From Sarea resinae (taxonomy: Eukaryota): DNA of 64,000 nucleotides. This document shows, piece by piece, positions 63,105 through 64,000 of the stretch. Below the pieces are notes generated by a model. The model had not been told where the DNA came from and did not search any database. It saw only the letters and a list, made by a program, of their open reading frames with translations. Positions within the stretch are counted from its first letter, which is position 1, and each line of letters begins with the position of its first letter. Where the stretch lies: the NCBI GenBank assembly GCA_026026165.1, contig JAPEUD010000103.1:1-64000 (forward strand), given 5' to 3'. A program made the translations under genes and the position numbers.

Positions 63105-63574
63105 GTAATCAAAATGCCGTATATGACTATATGAAATCTTGGAAATTACCTGAGAGGCCATGGTCACATAATCCAGCAACTAAGGCTACCAAATGTGGCG
63201 GGCCTTTGCGTCTGAACCTTGGTTTTAAGTGTAAACAAAGTTCGACGTAATCATACCAGTATCACCCTCAGTGGTCCTTCAGTATAAATATAATTGTTTC
63301 AGAACATTGGTCTCATGGCCATAGCAAGTCATGACGACGGTAGACTATATCTCTTTGGCCCTTTTGAAGGTCTGGAATGATTTCGCGAAATTCAACCCCA
63401 ACTACCTATAGATAGCCCCGCCCGAGTCCTGACGCCAAGAAGCTCGAGTGCCATCCATGATCGAAGAAAACACATCCTGAGATATTCTTCGTCTTTCATG
63501 TCAACGATGAATTTATCTCGATAGTCCCCCGCCATCGACTCTCCTTTCCGAACGGGGGCAGAACACGAGTGCAC

Positions 63575-64000
63575 ATGAACATGGATCCATTCGTTGAGGC
63601 CGAGAAGCTCGACCCCGCGGTACCTTTTCGCGCCGTCGCAGATCACATCCATCACACCTGGGCCCTCACCTTCCACTCACATCCAGAACTGCTCATTCGC
63701 CCTCGGAATACAGAAGAAATAAGAAAGATTGTCAACCTTGCTCGCAGATGTCGTCGTCGCATCGTCGTCGTCGGCTGCGGCCATTCGCCCAGCGATCTGA
63801 CGTGCACCTCGTCATGGGCGGTCAATCTCGACCACTTCAATCGCATGCTCTCGGTCGACAAGAACACGAACACGGCCGTGCTAGAGAGTGGCATCCATCT
63901 TCATGAGATAGGGAAGGAATTGGCAAATGTCGGGCTGGGCATGCCAAATCTAGGAAGCATTGATCATCAATCAATCGCTGGAGCGATTGGCACAGGCACC
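63575..64000 (+). CDS. ALO1: D-arabinono-1,4-lactone oxidase (5' part; runs off the window)
   Basis: HHTWALTFHSHPELLIRP, VGCGHSPSDLTCTS (covalent-FAD His), PNLGSIDHQSIAGAIGTGT; frame open to the window end. Confidence 0.88.
   Translation, partial: MNMDPFVEAEKLDPAVPFRAVADHIHHTWALTFHSHPELLIRPRNTEEIRKIVNLARRCRRRIVVVGCGHSPSDLTCTSSWAVNLDHFNRMLSVDKNTNTAVLESGIHLHEIGKELANVGLGMPNLGSIDHQSIAGAIGTGT

Overview
Gene-dense, intron-rich eukaryotic DNA from a filamentous ascomycete (Pezizomycotina-type; the species cannot be determined from the sequence). I can reconstruct about 27 spliced protein-coding genes by hand. They are mostly housekeeping: a peroxisomal thiolase, MIA40, mitochondrial MDH, BOS1, an ATRIP/Rad26-like gene, LSM7, a UBX protein, PAN3, NOP1, RPL17 and a partial ALO1. 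Glycosyltransferases, transporters, a sulfatase and two aromatic-catabolism enzymes are also present. I found no tRNA, rRNA, CRISPR array or intact transposon. The most interesting signals are non-coding: (1) a probable [D1,2] spliceosomal twin intron (stwintron) needed to open the GT34 gene; (2) four near-identical bulged hairpins between the convergent F-box-like and NOP1 3' ends; (3) a long PAN3 intron with three nested stems; (4) a monocarboxylate-transporter relic with RIP-like mutations next to an atypical phenol-hydroxylase-family gene; (5) frequent AAG 3' splice sites and relaxed 5' splice sites. Exon boundaries and family calls come from manual reading and recalled motifs, not from database searches.
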